DNA from: the human T2T-CHM13v2.0 reference genome, Homo sapiens
DNA length: 64,000 nucleotides
Assembly: GCF_009914755.1 (NCBI RefSeq)
Contig: NC_060933.1
Reading direction: 5' to 3' (one strand)
Each line of letters begins with the position of its first letter. Within the stretch, counting starts at the first letter, position 1. Position numbers and translations under genes: made by a program. Below, one piece after another: positions 1 to 11,800 of this stretch. Below the pieces are notes generated by a model that did not search any database, was not told the origin of the DNA, and was given only the letters and a program-made list of their open reading frames with translations.

Positions 1-79
1 GAACCTTTGTTTGGATACAGCACTTTGGAAACACTCTTTTTGTAGAATCTGCAAGTGGATATTTGGATAGCTTTGAAGG

Positions 80-96
80 TTTCGTTGGAAACGGGA
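80..96 (+). promoter_or_regulatory. CENP-B box (representative); recurs about every 340 bp, with 7 core-intact boxes per standard 15-mer
   Basis: tttcgttggaaacggga matches the 17-bp consensus YTTCGTTGGAARCGGGA. Confidence 0.97.
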
Positions 97-421
97 ATAT
101 CTTCATATAAAATCAAGACAGCAGCATTCTCAGAAACTTCTCTGTGATGTTTGCATTCAACTCATAGAGTTGAACACTTCCCTTCATACAGCAGGTTTGA
201 AACACTCTTTTTCTAATATTTGGAAGTGGACATTTGCAGCGCTTTGAGGCCTATGTTGAAAAAGGAAATATCTTCTCCTAAAAACCAGACAGAAGCATTC
301 TCAGAAACTTCCTTGTGATGTGTGTACTCAAGTAACAGAGTTGAACCTTCCTTTTGACAGAGCAGTTTTGAAGCACTCTTTTTGTAGAATCTGCAAGTGG
401 ATATTTTGATACCTTTGAGGA

Positions 422-438
422 TTTCGTTGGACACGGGA
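422..438 (+). promoter_or_regulatory. Variant CENP-B box in trimer monomer 1, core intact
   Basis: tttcgttggacacggga retains the core nTTCGnnnnAnnCGGGn. Confidence 0.85.
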
Positions 439-591
439 TATCTTCATATAAAATCTAGACAGAAGCATTCTCAGAAACTTCTTTGTGCTGTATGTCCTCA
501 ATTAACAGAGTTGAACCTTTGTGTGGATACAGCATTTTGGAAACATTCCTTTAGTAGAATCTGCAAGTTGATATTTAGATAGCTAGGAAGA

Positions 592-608
592 TTTCCTTGG
601 AAACGGGA
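592..608 (+). promoter_or_regulatory. Degenerate CENP-B box in trimer monomer 2, fixed in all HOR copies
   Basis: tttccttggaaacggga: the core TTCG is changed to TTCC. Confidence 0.88.
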
Positions 609-1100
609 ATATCTTCATATAAAATCTAGACGGAAGCATTCTCAGAAAGTGCTTTGTGATGTTTGCATTCAAGTCACAGAGTTGAATATTCCCTTTTATA
701 GAGCAGGTTTGAAACACTCTTTCTGCACTACCTGGAAGTGGACATTTGGAGGGCTTTGAGGCCTATGTTGAAAAAGGAAATATCTTCTCATAAAAACTAG
801 ACAGAAGCATTCTCAGAAACTTGTTTGTGATGTGTGTATTCAACTAACAGAGATGAACCTTTCTTTTTACAGAGCAGTTTTGAAACACTCTTTTTGTGGA
901 ATCTGAAAGTGGATATTTGGATAGCTTTGAGGATTTCGTTGGAAACGGGATTACATATAAAACCTAGAGAGAAGCATTCTCAGGAACTTCTTTGTGATGT
1001 TTGCATTCAAGTCACAGGACTGAACGTTCCCTTTCATAGAGCAGGTTTGAAACACTCTTTCTGTAGTATCTGCAAGCTGACGTTTCATGCGTTTTCATGC

Positions 1101-1117
1101 CTATGGTGAGAAAGGAA
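1101..1117 (+). promoter_or_regulatory. A-box (pJalpha-type site), representative of A-type monomers
   Basis: ctatggtgagaaaggaa lies at the position homologous to the CENP-B box and resembles the CTAYGGTGRAAAAGGAA pJalpha motif. Confidence 0.7.
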
Positions 1118-2162
1118 ATATCTTCAAGTAAAAACTAGACAGAAGCATTCTCAGAAACTTATTTGCCATGTGTGTTCTCAACTAACAGAGTTGAACCTTT
1201 GTTTTGATACGGCATTTTGGAAACCCTCTTTTTGTAGAATCTGCAGGTGGATATTCGGATAGCTTTGAAGGTTTCGTTGGAAACGGGAATATCTTCATAT
1301 AAAATGTAGACGGAAGCATTCTCAGAAACTGCTTTGTGATGTTTTCATTCAAGTCACAGAGTAGAATGTTCCCTGTTATATACCAGGTTTGAGACACTCT
1401 TTCTGCACTACCTGGAAGTGGACGTTTGGAGCGCTTTGAGGCGTATGTTGAAAAAGGAAATATCTTCCCATAAAAACTAGACAGAAGCATTCTCAGAAAC
1501 TTGTTTGTGATGTGTGTATTCAACTAACAGAGATGAACCTTTCTTTTTACAGAGCAGTTTTGAAACACTCTTTTTGTGGAATCTGAAAGTGGATATTTGG
1601 ATAGCTTTGAGGATTTCGTTGGAAACGGGATTACATATAAAATCTAGAGAGAAGCATTCTCAGGAACTTCTTTGTGATGTTTGCATTCACGTCACTGAAC
1701 TGAACATTCCCTTTCATAGAGCATGTTTGAAACACTCTTTCTGTAGTATCTGCAAACGGACATTTCAAACGCTTTCAGGCCTATGGTGAGAAAGGAAATA
1801 TCTTCAAATAAAAACTAGACAGAAGCATTCTCAGAAACTTATTTGCGATGTGTGTCCTCAACTAACAGAGTTGAACCTTTCTTTTGATACAACATTTTGG
1901 AAACACTCTTTTTGTAGAATCTGCAAGTGGATATTTGGATAGCTTTGAAGGTTTCGTTGGAAACGGGAATATCTTCATATAAAATCAAGACAGAAGCATT
2001 CTCAGAAACTTCCCTGTGATGTTTGCATTCAACTCATAGAGTTGAACACTTCCTTTCATACAGCAGGTTTGAAACACTCTTTTTCTAATATTTGGAAGTG
2101 GACATTTGCAGCGCTTTGAGGCCTAAGTTGAAAAAGGAAATATCTTCTCCTAAAAACCAGAC

Positions 2163-4714
2163 AGAAGCATTCTCAGAAACTTCCTTGTGATGTGTGTACT
2201 CAAGTAACAGAGTTGAACCTTCCTTTTGACAGAGCAGTTTTGAAGCACTCTTTTTGTAGAATCTGCAAGTGGATATTTTGATACCTTTGAGGATTTCGTT
2301 GGACACGGGATATCTTCATATAAAATCTAGACAGAAGCATTCTCAGAAACTTCTTTGTGCTGTATGTCCTCAATTAACAGAGTTGAACCTTTGTGTGGAT
2401 ACAGCATTTTGGAAACATTCCTTTAGTAGAATCTGCAAGTTGATATTTAGATAGCTAGGAAGATTTCCTTGGAAACGGGAATATCTTCATATAAAATCTA
2501 GACGGAAGCATTCTCAGAAAGTGCTTTGTGATGTTTGCATTCAAGTCACAGAGTTGAATATTCCCTTTTATAGAGCAGGTTTGAAACACTCTTTCTGCAC
2601 TACCTGGAAGTGGACATTTGGAGGGCTTTGAGGCCTATGTTGAAAAAGGAAATATCTTCCCATAAAAACTAGACAGAAGCATTCTCAGAAACTTGTTTGT
2701 GATGTGTGTATTCAACTAACAGAGATGAACCTTTCTTTTTACAGAGCAGTTTTGAAACACTCTTTTTGTGGAATCTGAAAGTGGATATTTGGATAGCTTT
2801 GAGGATTTCGTTGGAAACGGGATTACATATAAAACCTAGAGAGAAGCATTCTCAGGAACTACTTTGTGATGTTTGCTTTCAAGTCACAGGACTGAACATT
2901 CCCTTTCATAGAGCAGGTTTGAAACACTCTTTCTGTAGTATCTGCAAGCTGACGTTTCAAGCGCTTTCAGGCCTATGGTGAGAAAGGAAATATCTTCAAG
3001 TAAAAACTAGACAGAAGCATTCTCAGAAACTTATTTGCCATGTGTGTTCTCAACTAACAGAGTTGAACCTTTGTTTTGATGCGGCATTTTGGAAACACTC
3101 TTTTTGTAGAATCTGCAGGTGGATATTCGGATAGCTTTGAAGGTTTCGTTGGAAACGGGAATATCTTCATATAAAATCTGGACGGAAGCATTCTCAGAAA
3201 CTGCTTTGTGATGTTTTCATTCAAGTCACAGAGTAGAATGTTCCCTGTTATATACCAGGTTTGAGACACTCTTTCTGCACTACCTGGAAGTGGACGTTTG
3301 GAGCGCTTTGAGGCCTATGTTGAAAAAGGAAATATCTTCCCATAAAAACTAGACAGAAGCATTCTCAGAAACTTGTTTGTGATGTGTGTATTCAACTAAC
3401 AGAGATGAACCTTTCTTTTTACAGAGCAGTTTTGAAACACTCTTTTTGTGGAATCTGAAAGTGGATATTTGGATAGCTTTGAGGATTTCGTTGGAAACGG
3501 GATTACATATAAAATCTAGAGAGAAGCATTCTCAGGAACTTCTTTGTGATGTTTGCATTCACGTCACAGAACTGAACATTCCCTTTCATAGAGCATGTTT
3601 GAAACACTCTTTCTGTAGTATCTGCAAACGGACATTTCAAACGCTTTCAGGCCTATGTTGAGAAAGGAAATATCTTCAAATAAAAACTAGACAGAAGCAT
3701 TCTCAGAAACTTATTTGCGATGTGTGTCCTCAACTAACAGAGTTGAACCTTTCTTTTGATACAACATTTTGGAACCACTCTTTTTGTAGAATCTGCAAGT
3801 GGATATTTGGATAGCTTTGAAGGTTTCGTTGGAAACGGGAATATCTTCATATAAAATCAAGACAGAAGCATTCTCAGAAACTTCTCTGTGATGTTTGCAT
3901 TCAACTCATAGAGTTGAACACTTCCCTTCATACTGCAGGTTTGAAACACTCTTTTTGTAATATTTGGAAGTGGACATTTGCAGCGCTTTGAGGCCTATGT
4001 TGAAAAAGGAAATATCTTCCCATAAAAACTAGACAGAAGCATTCTCAGAAACTTGTTTGTGATGTGTGTATTCAACTAACAGAGATGAACCTTTCTTTTT
4101 ACAGAGCAGTTTTGAAACACTCTTTTTGTGGAATCTGAAAGTGGATATTTGGATAGCTTTGCGGATTTCGTTGGAAACGGGATTACATATAAAATCTAGG
4201 GAGAAGCATTCTCAGGAACTTCTTTGTGATGTTTGCATTCAAGTCACAGAACTGAACATTCCCTTTCATAGTGCAGGTTTGAAACACTCTTTCTGTAGTA
4301 TCTACAAGCGGACGTTTCAAGCGCTTTCAGGCCTGTGGTGAAAAAGGAAATATCTTCAAATAAAAACTAGACAGAAGCATTCTCAGAAACTTATTTGCGA
4401 TGTGTGTTCTCAACTAAAAGAGTTGAACCTTTGTTTGGATACAGCACTTTGGAAACACTCTTTTTGTAGAATCTGCAAGTGGATATTTGGATAGCTTTGA
4501 AGGTTTCGTTGGAAACGGGAATATCTTCATATAAAATCAAGACAGAAGCATTCTCAGAAACTTCTCTGTGATGTTTGCATTCAACTCATAGAGTTGAACA
4601 CTTCCCTTCATACAGCAGGTTTGAAACACTCTTTTTCTAATATTTGGAAGTGGACATTTGCAGGGCTTTGAGGCCTATGTTGAAAAAGGAAATATCTTCT
4701 CCTAAAAACCAGAC
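2163..4714 (+). repeat. Representative 15-mer HOR (2552 bp): T 2163-2674, tetramer A 2675-3354, B 3355-4034, C 4035-4714; 12 of the 26 complete units are 15-mers
   Basis: Marker spacing is 2552 bp (2551 in copies with a 1-bp deletion). A carries aacctagag, gctgacg and agtagaatgttccctgttatatacc. B carries cacgtc, gcatgttt, aaacggac and gatacaac. C carries ttgcgga, tctaggg, ctgtggtg, ctaaaagag and ttctaat. Each tetramer is 4x171 minus a 4-bp deletion (gggattacatat). Confidence 0.93.
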
Positions 4715-7266
4715 AGAAGCATTCTCAGAAACTTCCTTGTGATGTGTGTACTCAAGTAACAGAGTTGAACCTTCCTTTTGACAGAGCAGTTTTGAAGCAC
4801 TCTTTTTGTAGAATCTGCAAGTGGATATTTTGATACCTTTGAGGATTTCGTTGGACACGGGATATCTTCATATAAAATCTAGACAGAAGCATTCTCAGAA
4901 ACTTCTTTGTGCTGTATGTCCTCAATTAACAGAGTTGAACCTTTGTGTGGATACAGCATTTTGGAAACATTCCTTTAGTAGAATCTGCAAGTTGATATTT
5001 AGATAGCTAGGAAGATTTCCTTGGAAACGGGAATATCTTCATATAAAATCTAGATGGAAGCATTCTCAGAAAGTGCTTTGTGATGTTTGCATTCAAGTCA
5101 CAGAGTTGAATATTCCCTTTTATAGAGCAGGTTTGAAACACTCTTTCTGCAGTACCTGGAAGTGGACATTTGGAGCGCTTTGAGGCCTATGTTGAAAAAG
5201 GAAATATCTTCCCATAAAAACTAGACAGAAGCATTCTCAGAAACTTGTTTGTGATGTGTGTATTCAACTAACAGAGATGAACCTTTCTTTTTACAGAGCA
5301 GTTTTGAAACACTCTTTTTGTGGAATCTGAAAGTGGATATTTGGATAGCTTTGAGGATTTCGTTGGAAACGGGATTACATATAAAACCTAGAGAGAAGCA
5401 TTCTCAGGAACTACTTTGTGATGTTTGCCTTCAAGTCACAGGACTGAACATTCCCTTTCATAGAGCAGGTTTGAAACACTCTTTCTGTAGTATCTGCAAG
5501 CTGACGTTTCAAGCGCTTTCAGGCCTATGGTGAGAAAGGAAATATCTTCAAGTAAAAACTAGACAGAAGCATTCTCAGAAACTTATTTGCCATGTGTGTT
5601 CTCAACTAACAGAGTTGAACCTTTGTTTTGATGCGGCATTTTGGAAACACTCTTTTTGTAGAATCTGCAGGTGGATATTCGGATAGCTTTGAAGGTTTCG
5701 TTGGAAACGGGAATATCTTCATATAAAATCTGGACGGAAGCATTCTCAGAAACTGCTTTGTGATGTTTTCATTCAAGTCACAGAGTAGAATGTTCCCTGT
5801 TATATACCAGGTTTGAGACACTCTTTCTGCACTACCTGGAAGTGGACGTTTGGAGCGCTTTGAGGCCTATGTTGAAAAAGGAAATATCTTCCCATAAAAA
5901 CTAGACAGAAGCATTCTCAGAAACTTGTTTGTGATGTGTGTATTCAACTAACAGAGATGAACCTTTCTTTTTACAGAGCAGTTTTGAAACACTCTTTTTG
6001 TGGAATCTGAAAGTGGATATTTGGATAGCTTTGAGGATTTCGTTGGAAACGGGATTACATATAAAATCTAGAGAGAAGCATTCTCAGGAACTTCTTTGTG
6101 ATGTTTGCATTCACGTCACAGAACTGAACATTCCCTTTCATAGAGCATGTTTGAAACACTCTTTCTGTAGTATCTGCAAACGGACATTTCAAACGCTTTC
6201 AGGCCTATGTTGAGAAAGGAAATATCTTCAAATAAAAACTAGACAGAAGCATTCTCAGAAACTTATTTGCGATGTGTGTCCTCAACTAACAGAGTTGAAC
6301 CTTTCTTTTGATACAACATTTTGGAACCACTCTTTTTGTAGAATCTGCAAGTGGATATTTGGATAGATTTGAAGGTTTCGTTGGAAACGGGAATATCTTC
6401 ATATAAAATCAAGACAGAAGCATTCTCAGAAACTTCTCTGTGATGTTTGCATTCAACTCATAGAGTTGAACACTTCCCTTCATACTGCAGGTTTGAAACA
6501 CTCTTTTTGTAATATTTGGAAGTGGACATTTGCAGCGCTTTGAGGCCTATGTTGAAAAAGGAAATATCTTCCCATAAAAACTAGACAGAAGCATTCTCAG
6601 AAACTTGTTTGTGATGTGTGTATTCAACTAACAGAGATGAACCTTTCTTTTTACAGAGCAGTTTTGAAACACTCTTTTTGTGGAATCTGAAAGTGGATAT
6701 TTGGATAGCTTTGCGGATTTCGTTGGAAACGGGATTACATATAAAATCTAGGGAGAAGCATTCTCAGGAACTTCTTTGTGATGTTTGCATTCAAGTCACA
6801 GAACTGAACATTCCCTTTCATAGTGCAGGTTTGAAACACTCTTTCTGTAGTATCTACAAGCGGACGTTTCAAGCGCTTTCAGGCCTGTGGTGAAAAAGGA
6901 AATATCTTCAAATAAAAACTAGACAGAAGCATTCTCAGAAACTTATTTGCGATGTGTGTTCTCAACTAAAAGAGTTGAACCTTTGTTTGGATACAACATT
7001 TTGGAAACACTCTTTTTGTAGAATCTGCAAGTGGATATTTGGATAGCTTTGAAGGTTTCGTTGGAAACGGGAATATCTTCATATAAAATCAAGACAGAAG
7101 CATTCTCAGAAACTTCTCTGTGATGTTTGCATTCAACTCATAGAGTTGAACACTTCCCTTCATACAGCAGGTTTGAAACACTCTTTTTCTAATATTTGGA
7201 AGTGGACATTTGCAGGGCTTTGAGGCCTATGTTGAAAAAGGAAATATCTTCTCCTAAAAACCAGAC

Positions 7267-8800
7267 AGAAGCATTCTCAGAAACTTCCTTGTGATGTGTG
7301 TACTCAAGTAACAGAGTTGAACCTTCCTTTTGACAGAGCAGTTTTGAAGCACTCTTTTTGTAGAATCTGCAAGTGGATATTTTGATACCTTTGAGGATTT
7401 CGTTGGACACGGGATATCTTCATATAAAATCTAGACAGAAGCATTCTCAGAAACTTCTTTGTGCTGTATGTCCTCAATTAACAGAGTTGAACCTTTGTGT
7501 GGATACAGCATTTTGGAAACATTCCTTTAGTAGAATCTGCAAGTTGATATTTAGATAGCTAGGAAGATTTCCTTGGAAACGGGAATATCTTCATATAAAA
7601 TCTAGATGGAAGCATTCTCAGAAAGTGCTTTGTGATGTTTGCATTCAAGTCACAGAGTTGAATATTCCCTTTTATAGAGCAGGTTTGAAACACTCTTTCT
7701 GCACTACCTGGAAGTGGACATTTGGAGCGCTTTGAGGCCTATGTTGAAAAAGGAAATATCTTCCCATAAAAACTAGACAGAAGCATTCTCAGAAACTTGT
7801 TTGTGATGTGTGTATTCAACTAACAGAGATGAACCTTTCTTTTTACAGAGCAGTTTTGAAACACTCTTTTTGTGGAATCTGAAAGTGGATATTTGGATAG
7901 CTTTGAGGATTTCGTTGGAAACGGGATTACATATAAAACCTAGAGAGAAGCATTCTCAGGAACTTCTTTGTGATGTTTGCATTCAAGTCACAGAACTGAA
8001 CATTCCCTTTCATAGAGCAGGTTTGAAACACTCTTTCTGTAGTATCTGCAAGCTGACGTTTCATGCGTTTTCAGGCCTATGGTGAGAAAGGAAATATCTT
8101 CAAGTAAAAACTAGACAGAAGCATTCTCAGAAACTTATTTGCCATGTGTGTTCTCAACTAACAGAGTTGAACCTTTGTTTTGATACGGCATTTTGGAAAC
8201 ACTCTTTTTGTAGAATCTGCAGGTGGATATTCGGATAGCTTTGAAGGTTTCGTTGGAAACGGGAATATCTTCATATAAAATCTACACGGAAGCATTCTCA
8301 GAAACTGCTTTGTGATGTTCTCATTCAAGTCACAGAGTAGAATGTTCCCTGTTATATACCAGGTTTGAGACACTCTTTCTGCACTACCTGGAAGTGGACG
8401 TTTGGAGCGCTTTGAGGCGTATGTTGAAAAAGGAAATATCTTCCCATAAAAACTAGACAGAAGCATTCTCAGAAACTTATTTGCGATGTGTGTTCTCAAC
8501 TAAAAGAGTTGAACCTTTGTTTGGATACAGCACTTTGGAAACACTCTTTTTGTAGAATCTGCAAGTGGATATTTGGATAGCTTTGAAGGTTTCGTTGGAA
8601 ACGGGAATATCTTCATATAAAATCAAGACAGAAGCATTCTCAGAAACTTCTCTGTGATGTTTGCATTCAACTCATAGAGTTGAACACTTCCCTTCATACA
8701 GCAGGTTTGAAACACTCTTTTTCTAATATTTGGAAGTGGACATTTGCAGCGCTTTGAGGCCTATGTTGAAAAAGGAAATATCTTCTCCTAAAAACCAGAC
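7267..8800 (+). repeat. 9-mer HOR variant (1534 bp; T-A-last two monomers of C); also at 25304-26837 and 29389-30922
   Basis: Spacing is 1534 bp = 9x171-5. The end of A (ttcccataaaa) joins directly to C monomer 3 (atttgcgatgtgtgttctcaactaaaagag). Confidence 0.92.
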
Positions 8801-11800
8801 AGAAGCATTCTCAGAAACTTCCTTGTGATGTGTGTACTCAAGTAACAGAGTTGAACCTTCCTTTTGACAGAGCAGTTTTGAAGCACTCTTTTTGTAGAAT
8901 CTGCAAGTGGATATTTTGATACCTTTGAGGATTTCGTTGGACACGGGATATCTTCATATAAAATCTAGACAGAAGCATTCTCAGAAACTTCTTTGTGCTG
9001 TATGTCCTCAATTAACAGAGTTGAACCTTTGTGTGGATACAGCATTTTGGAAACATTCCTTTAGTAGAATCTGCAAGTTGATATTTAGATAGCTAGGAAG
9101 ATTTCCTTGGAAACGGGAATATCTTCATATAAAATCTAGACGGAAGCATTCTCAGAAAGTGCTTTGTGATGTTTGCATTCAAGTCACAGAGTTGAATATT
9201 CCCTTTAAAAGAGCAGGTTTGAAACACTGTTTCTGCACTACCTGGAAGTGGACATTTGGAGCGCTTTGAGGCCTATGTTGAAAAAGGAAATATCTTCCCA
9301 TAAAAACTAGACAGAAGCATTCTCAGAAACTTGTTTGTGATGTGTGTATTCAACTAACAGAGATGAACCTTTCTTTTTACAGAGCAGTTTTGAAACACTC
9401 TTTTTGTGGAATCTGAAAGTGGATATTTGGATAGCTTTGAGGATTTCGTTGGAAACGGGATTACATATAAAACCTAGAGAGAAGCATTCTCAGGAACTTC
9501 TTTGTGATGTTTGCATTCAAGTCACAGAACTGAACATTCCCTTTCATAGAGCAGGTTTGAAAAACTCTTTCTGTAGTATCTGCAAGCTGACGTTTCAAGC
9601 GCTTTCAGGCCTATGGTGAGAAAGGAAATATCTTCAAGTAAAAACTAGACAGAAGCATTCTCAGAAACTTATTTGCCATGTGTGTTCTCAACTAACAGAG
9701 TTGAACCTTTGTTTTGATACGGCATTTTGGAAACACTCTTTTTGTAGAATCTGCAGGTGGATATTCGGATAGCTTTGAAGGTTTCGTTGGAAACGGGAAT
9801 ATCTTCATATAAAATCTAGACGGAAGCATTCTCAGAAACTGCTTTGTGATGTTTTCATTCAAGTCACAGAGTAGATGTTCCCTGTTATATACCAGGTTTG
9901 AGACACTCTTTCTGCACTACCTGGAAGTGGACGTTTGGAGCGCTTTGAGGCGTATGTTGAAAAAGGAAATATCTTCCCATAAAAACTAGACAGAAGCATT
10001 CTCAGAAACTTGTTTGTGATGTGTGTATTCAACTAACAGAGATGAACCTTTCTTTTTACAGAGCAGTTTTGAAACACTCTTTTTGTGGAATCTGAAAGTG
10101 GTTATTTGGATAGCTTTGAGGATTTCGTTTGAAAAGGGATTACATATAAAATCTAGAGAAAAGCATTCTCAGGAACTTCTTTGTGATGTTTGCATTCACG
10201 TCACAAAACTCAACATTCCCTTTCATACAGCATGTTTGAAACACTCTTTCTGTAGTATCTGCAAACGGACATTTCAAACGCTTTCAGGCCTATGGTGAGA
10301 AAGGAAATATCTTCAAATAAAAACTAGACAGAAGCATTCTCAGAAACTTATTTGCGATGTGTGTCCTCAACTAACAGAGTTGAACCTTTCTTTTGATACA
10401 ACATTTTGGAACCACTCTTTTTGTAGAATCTGCAAGTGGATATTTGGATAGCTTTGAAGGTTTCGTTGGAAACGGGAATATCTTCATATAAAATCAAGAC
10501 AGAAGCATTCTCAGAAACTTCTCTGTGATGTTTGCATTCAACTCATAGAGTTGAACACTTCCCTTCATACAGCAGGTTTGAAACACTCTTTTTGTAATAT
10601 TTGGAAGTGGACATTTGCAGCGCTTTGAGGCCTATGATGAAAAAGGAAATATCTCCCCATAAAAACTAGACAGAAGCATTCTCAGAAACTTGTTTGTGAT
10701 GTGTGTATTCAACTAACAGAGATGAACCTTTCTTTTTACAGAGCAGTTTTGAAACACTCTTTTTGTGGAATCTGAAAGTGGATATTTGGATAGCTTTGCG
10801 GATTTCGTTGGAAACGGGATTACATATAAAATCTAGGGAGAAGCATTCTCAGGAACTTCTTTGTGATGTTTGCATTCAAGTCACAGAACTGAACATTCCC
10901 TTTCATAGAGCAGGTTTGAAACACTCTTTCTGTAGTATCTGCAAGCGGACGTTTCAAGCGCTTTCAGGCCTGTGGTGAAAAAGGAAATATCTTCAAATAA
11001 AAACTAGACAGAAGCATTCTCAGAAACTTATTTGCGATGTGTGTTCTCAACTAAAAGAGTTGAACCTTTGTTTGGATACAGCACTTTGGAAACACTCTTT
11101 TTGTAGAATCTGCAAGTGGATATTTGGATAGCTTTGAAGGTTTCGTTGGAAACGGGAATATCTTCATATAAAATCAAGACAGAAGCATTCTCAGAAACTT
11201 CTCTGTGATGTTTGCATTCAACTCATAGAGTTGAACACTTCCCTTCATACAGCAGGTGTGAAACACCCTTTTTCTAATATTTGGAAGTGGACATTTGCAG
11301 CGCTTTGAGGCCTATGTTGAAAAAGGAAATATCTTCTCCTAAAAACCAGACGGAAGCATTCTCAGAAACTTCCTTGTGATGTGTGTACTCAAGTAACAGA
11401 GTTGAACCTTCCTTTTGACAGAGCAGTTTTGAAGCACTCTTTTTGTAGAATCTGCAAGTGGATATTTTGATACCTTTGAGGATTTCGTTGGACACGGGAT
11501 ATCTTCATATAAAATCTAGACAGAAGCATTCTCAGAAACTTCTTTGTGCTGTATGTCCTCAATTAACAGAGTTGAACCTTTGTGTGGATACAGCATTTTG
11601 GAAACATTCCTTTAGTAGAATCTGCAAGTTGATATTTAGATAGCTAGGAAGATTTCCTTGGAAACGGGAATATCTTCATATAAAATCTAGACGGAAGCAT
11701 TCTCAGAAAGTGCTTTGTGATGTTTGCATTCAAGTCACAGAGTTGAATATTCCCTTTTATAGAGCAGGTTTGAAACACTCTTTCTGCACTACCTGGAAGT

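Larger units (their letters stand above)
291..802 (+). repeat. Unique 512-bp trimer T (B, B, A monomers) that marks each HOR; 27 copies in the window
   Basis: Diagnostic strings acttccttgtgatgtgtgtactcaagt, gttggacacggga, gtgctgtatgtcctcaatt and atttccttggaaacggga occur once per HOR. Starts: 291, 2163, 4715, 7267, 8801, 11352, 13904, 15776, 18328, 20200, 22752, 25304, 26838, 29389, 30923, 33474, 36026, 37218, 39090, 40282, 42154, 46066, 48618, 51169, 54401, 58313, 62225. Confidence 0.93.
291..2162 (+). repeat. 11-mer HOR variant type I (1872 bp; T-A-B/C hybrid); also at 13904-15775 and 18328-20199
   Basis: Marker spacing is 1872 bp. The second tetramer starts as B (cacgtc, gcatg) and ends as C (ttctaat, ctcctaaaaaccag). 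The three copies share private variants gtcactgaac, acttccctgtg and gcctaag. Confidence 0.9.

Noticed and set aside
106-112. TATA-like tataaaa next to each CENP-B box
   Set aside because: It is part of the monomer consensus in AT-rich DNA. Promoter activity cannot be inferred from sequence, although centromeric transcription is known.
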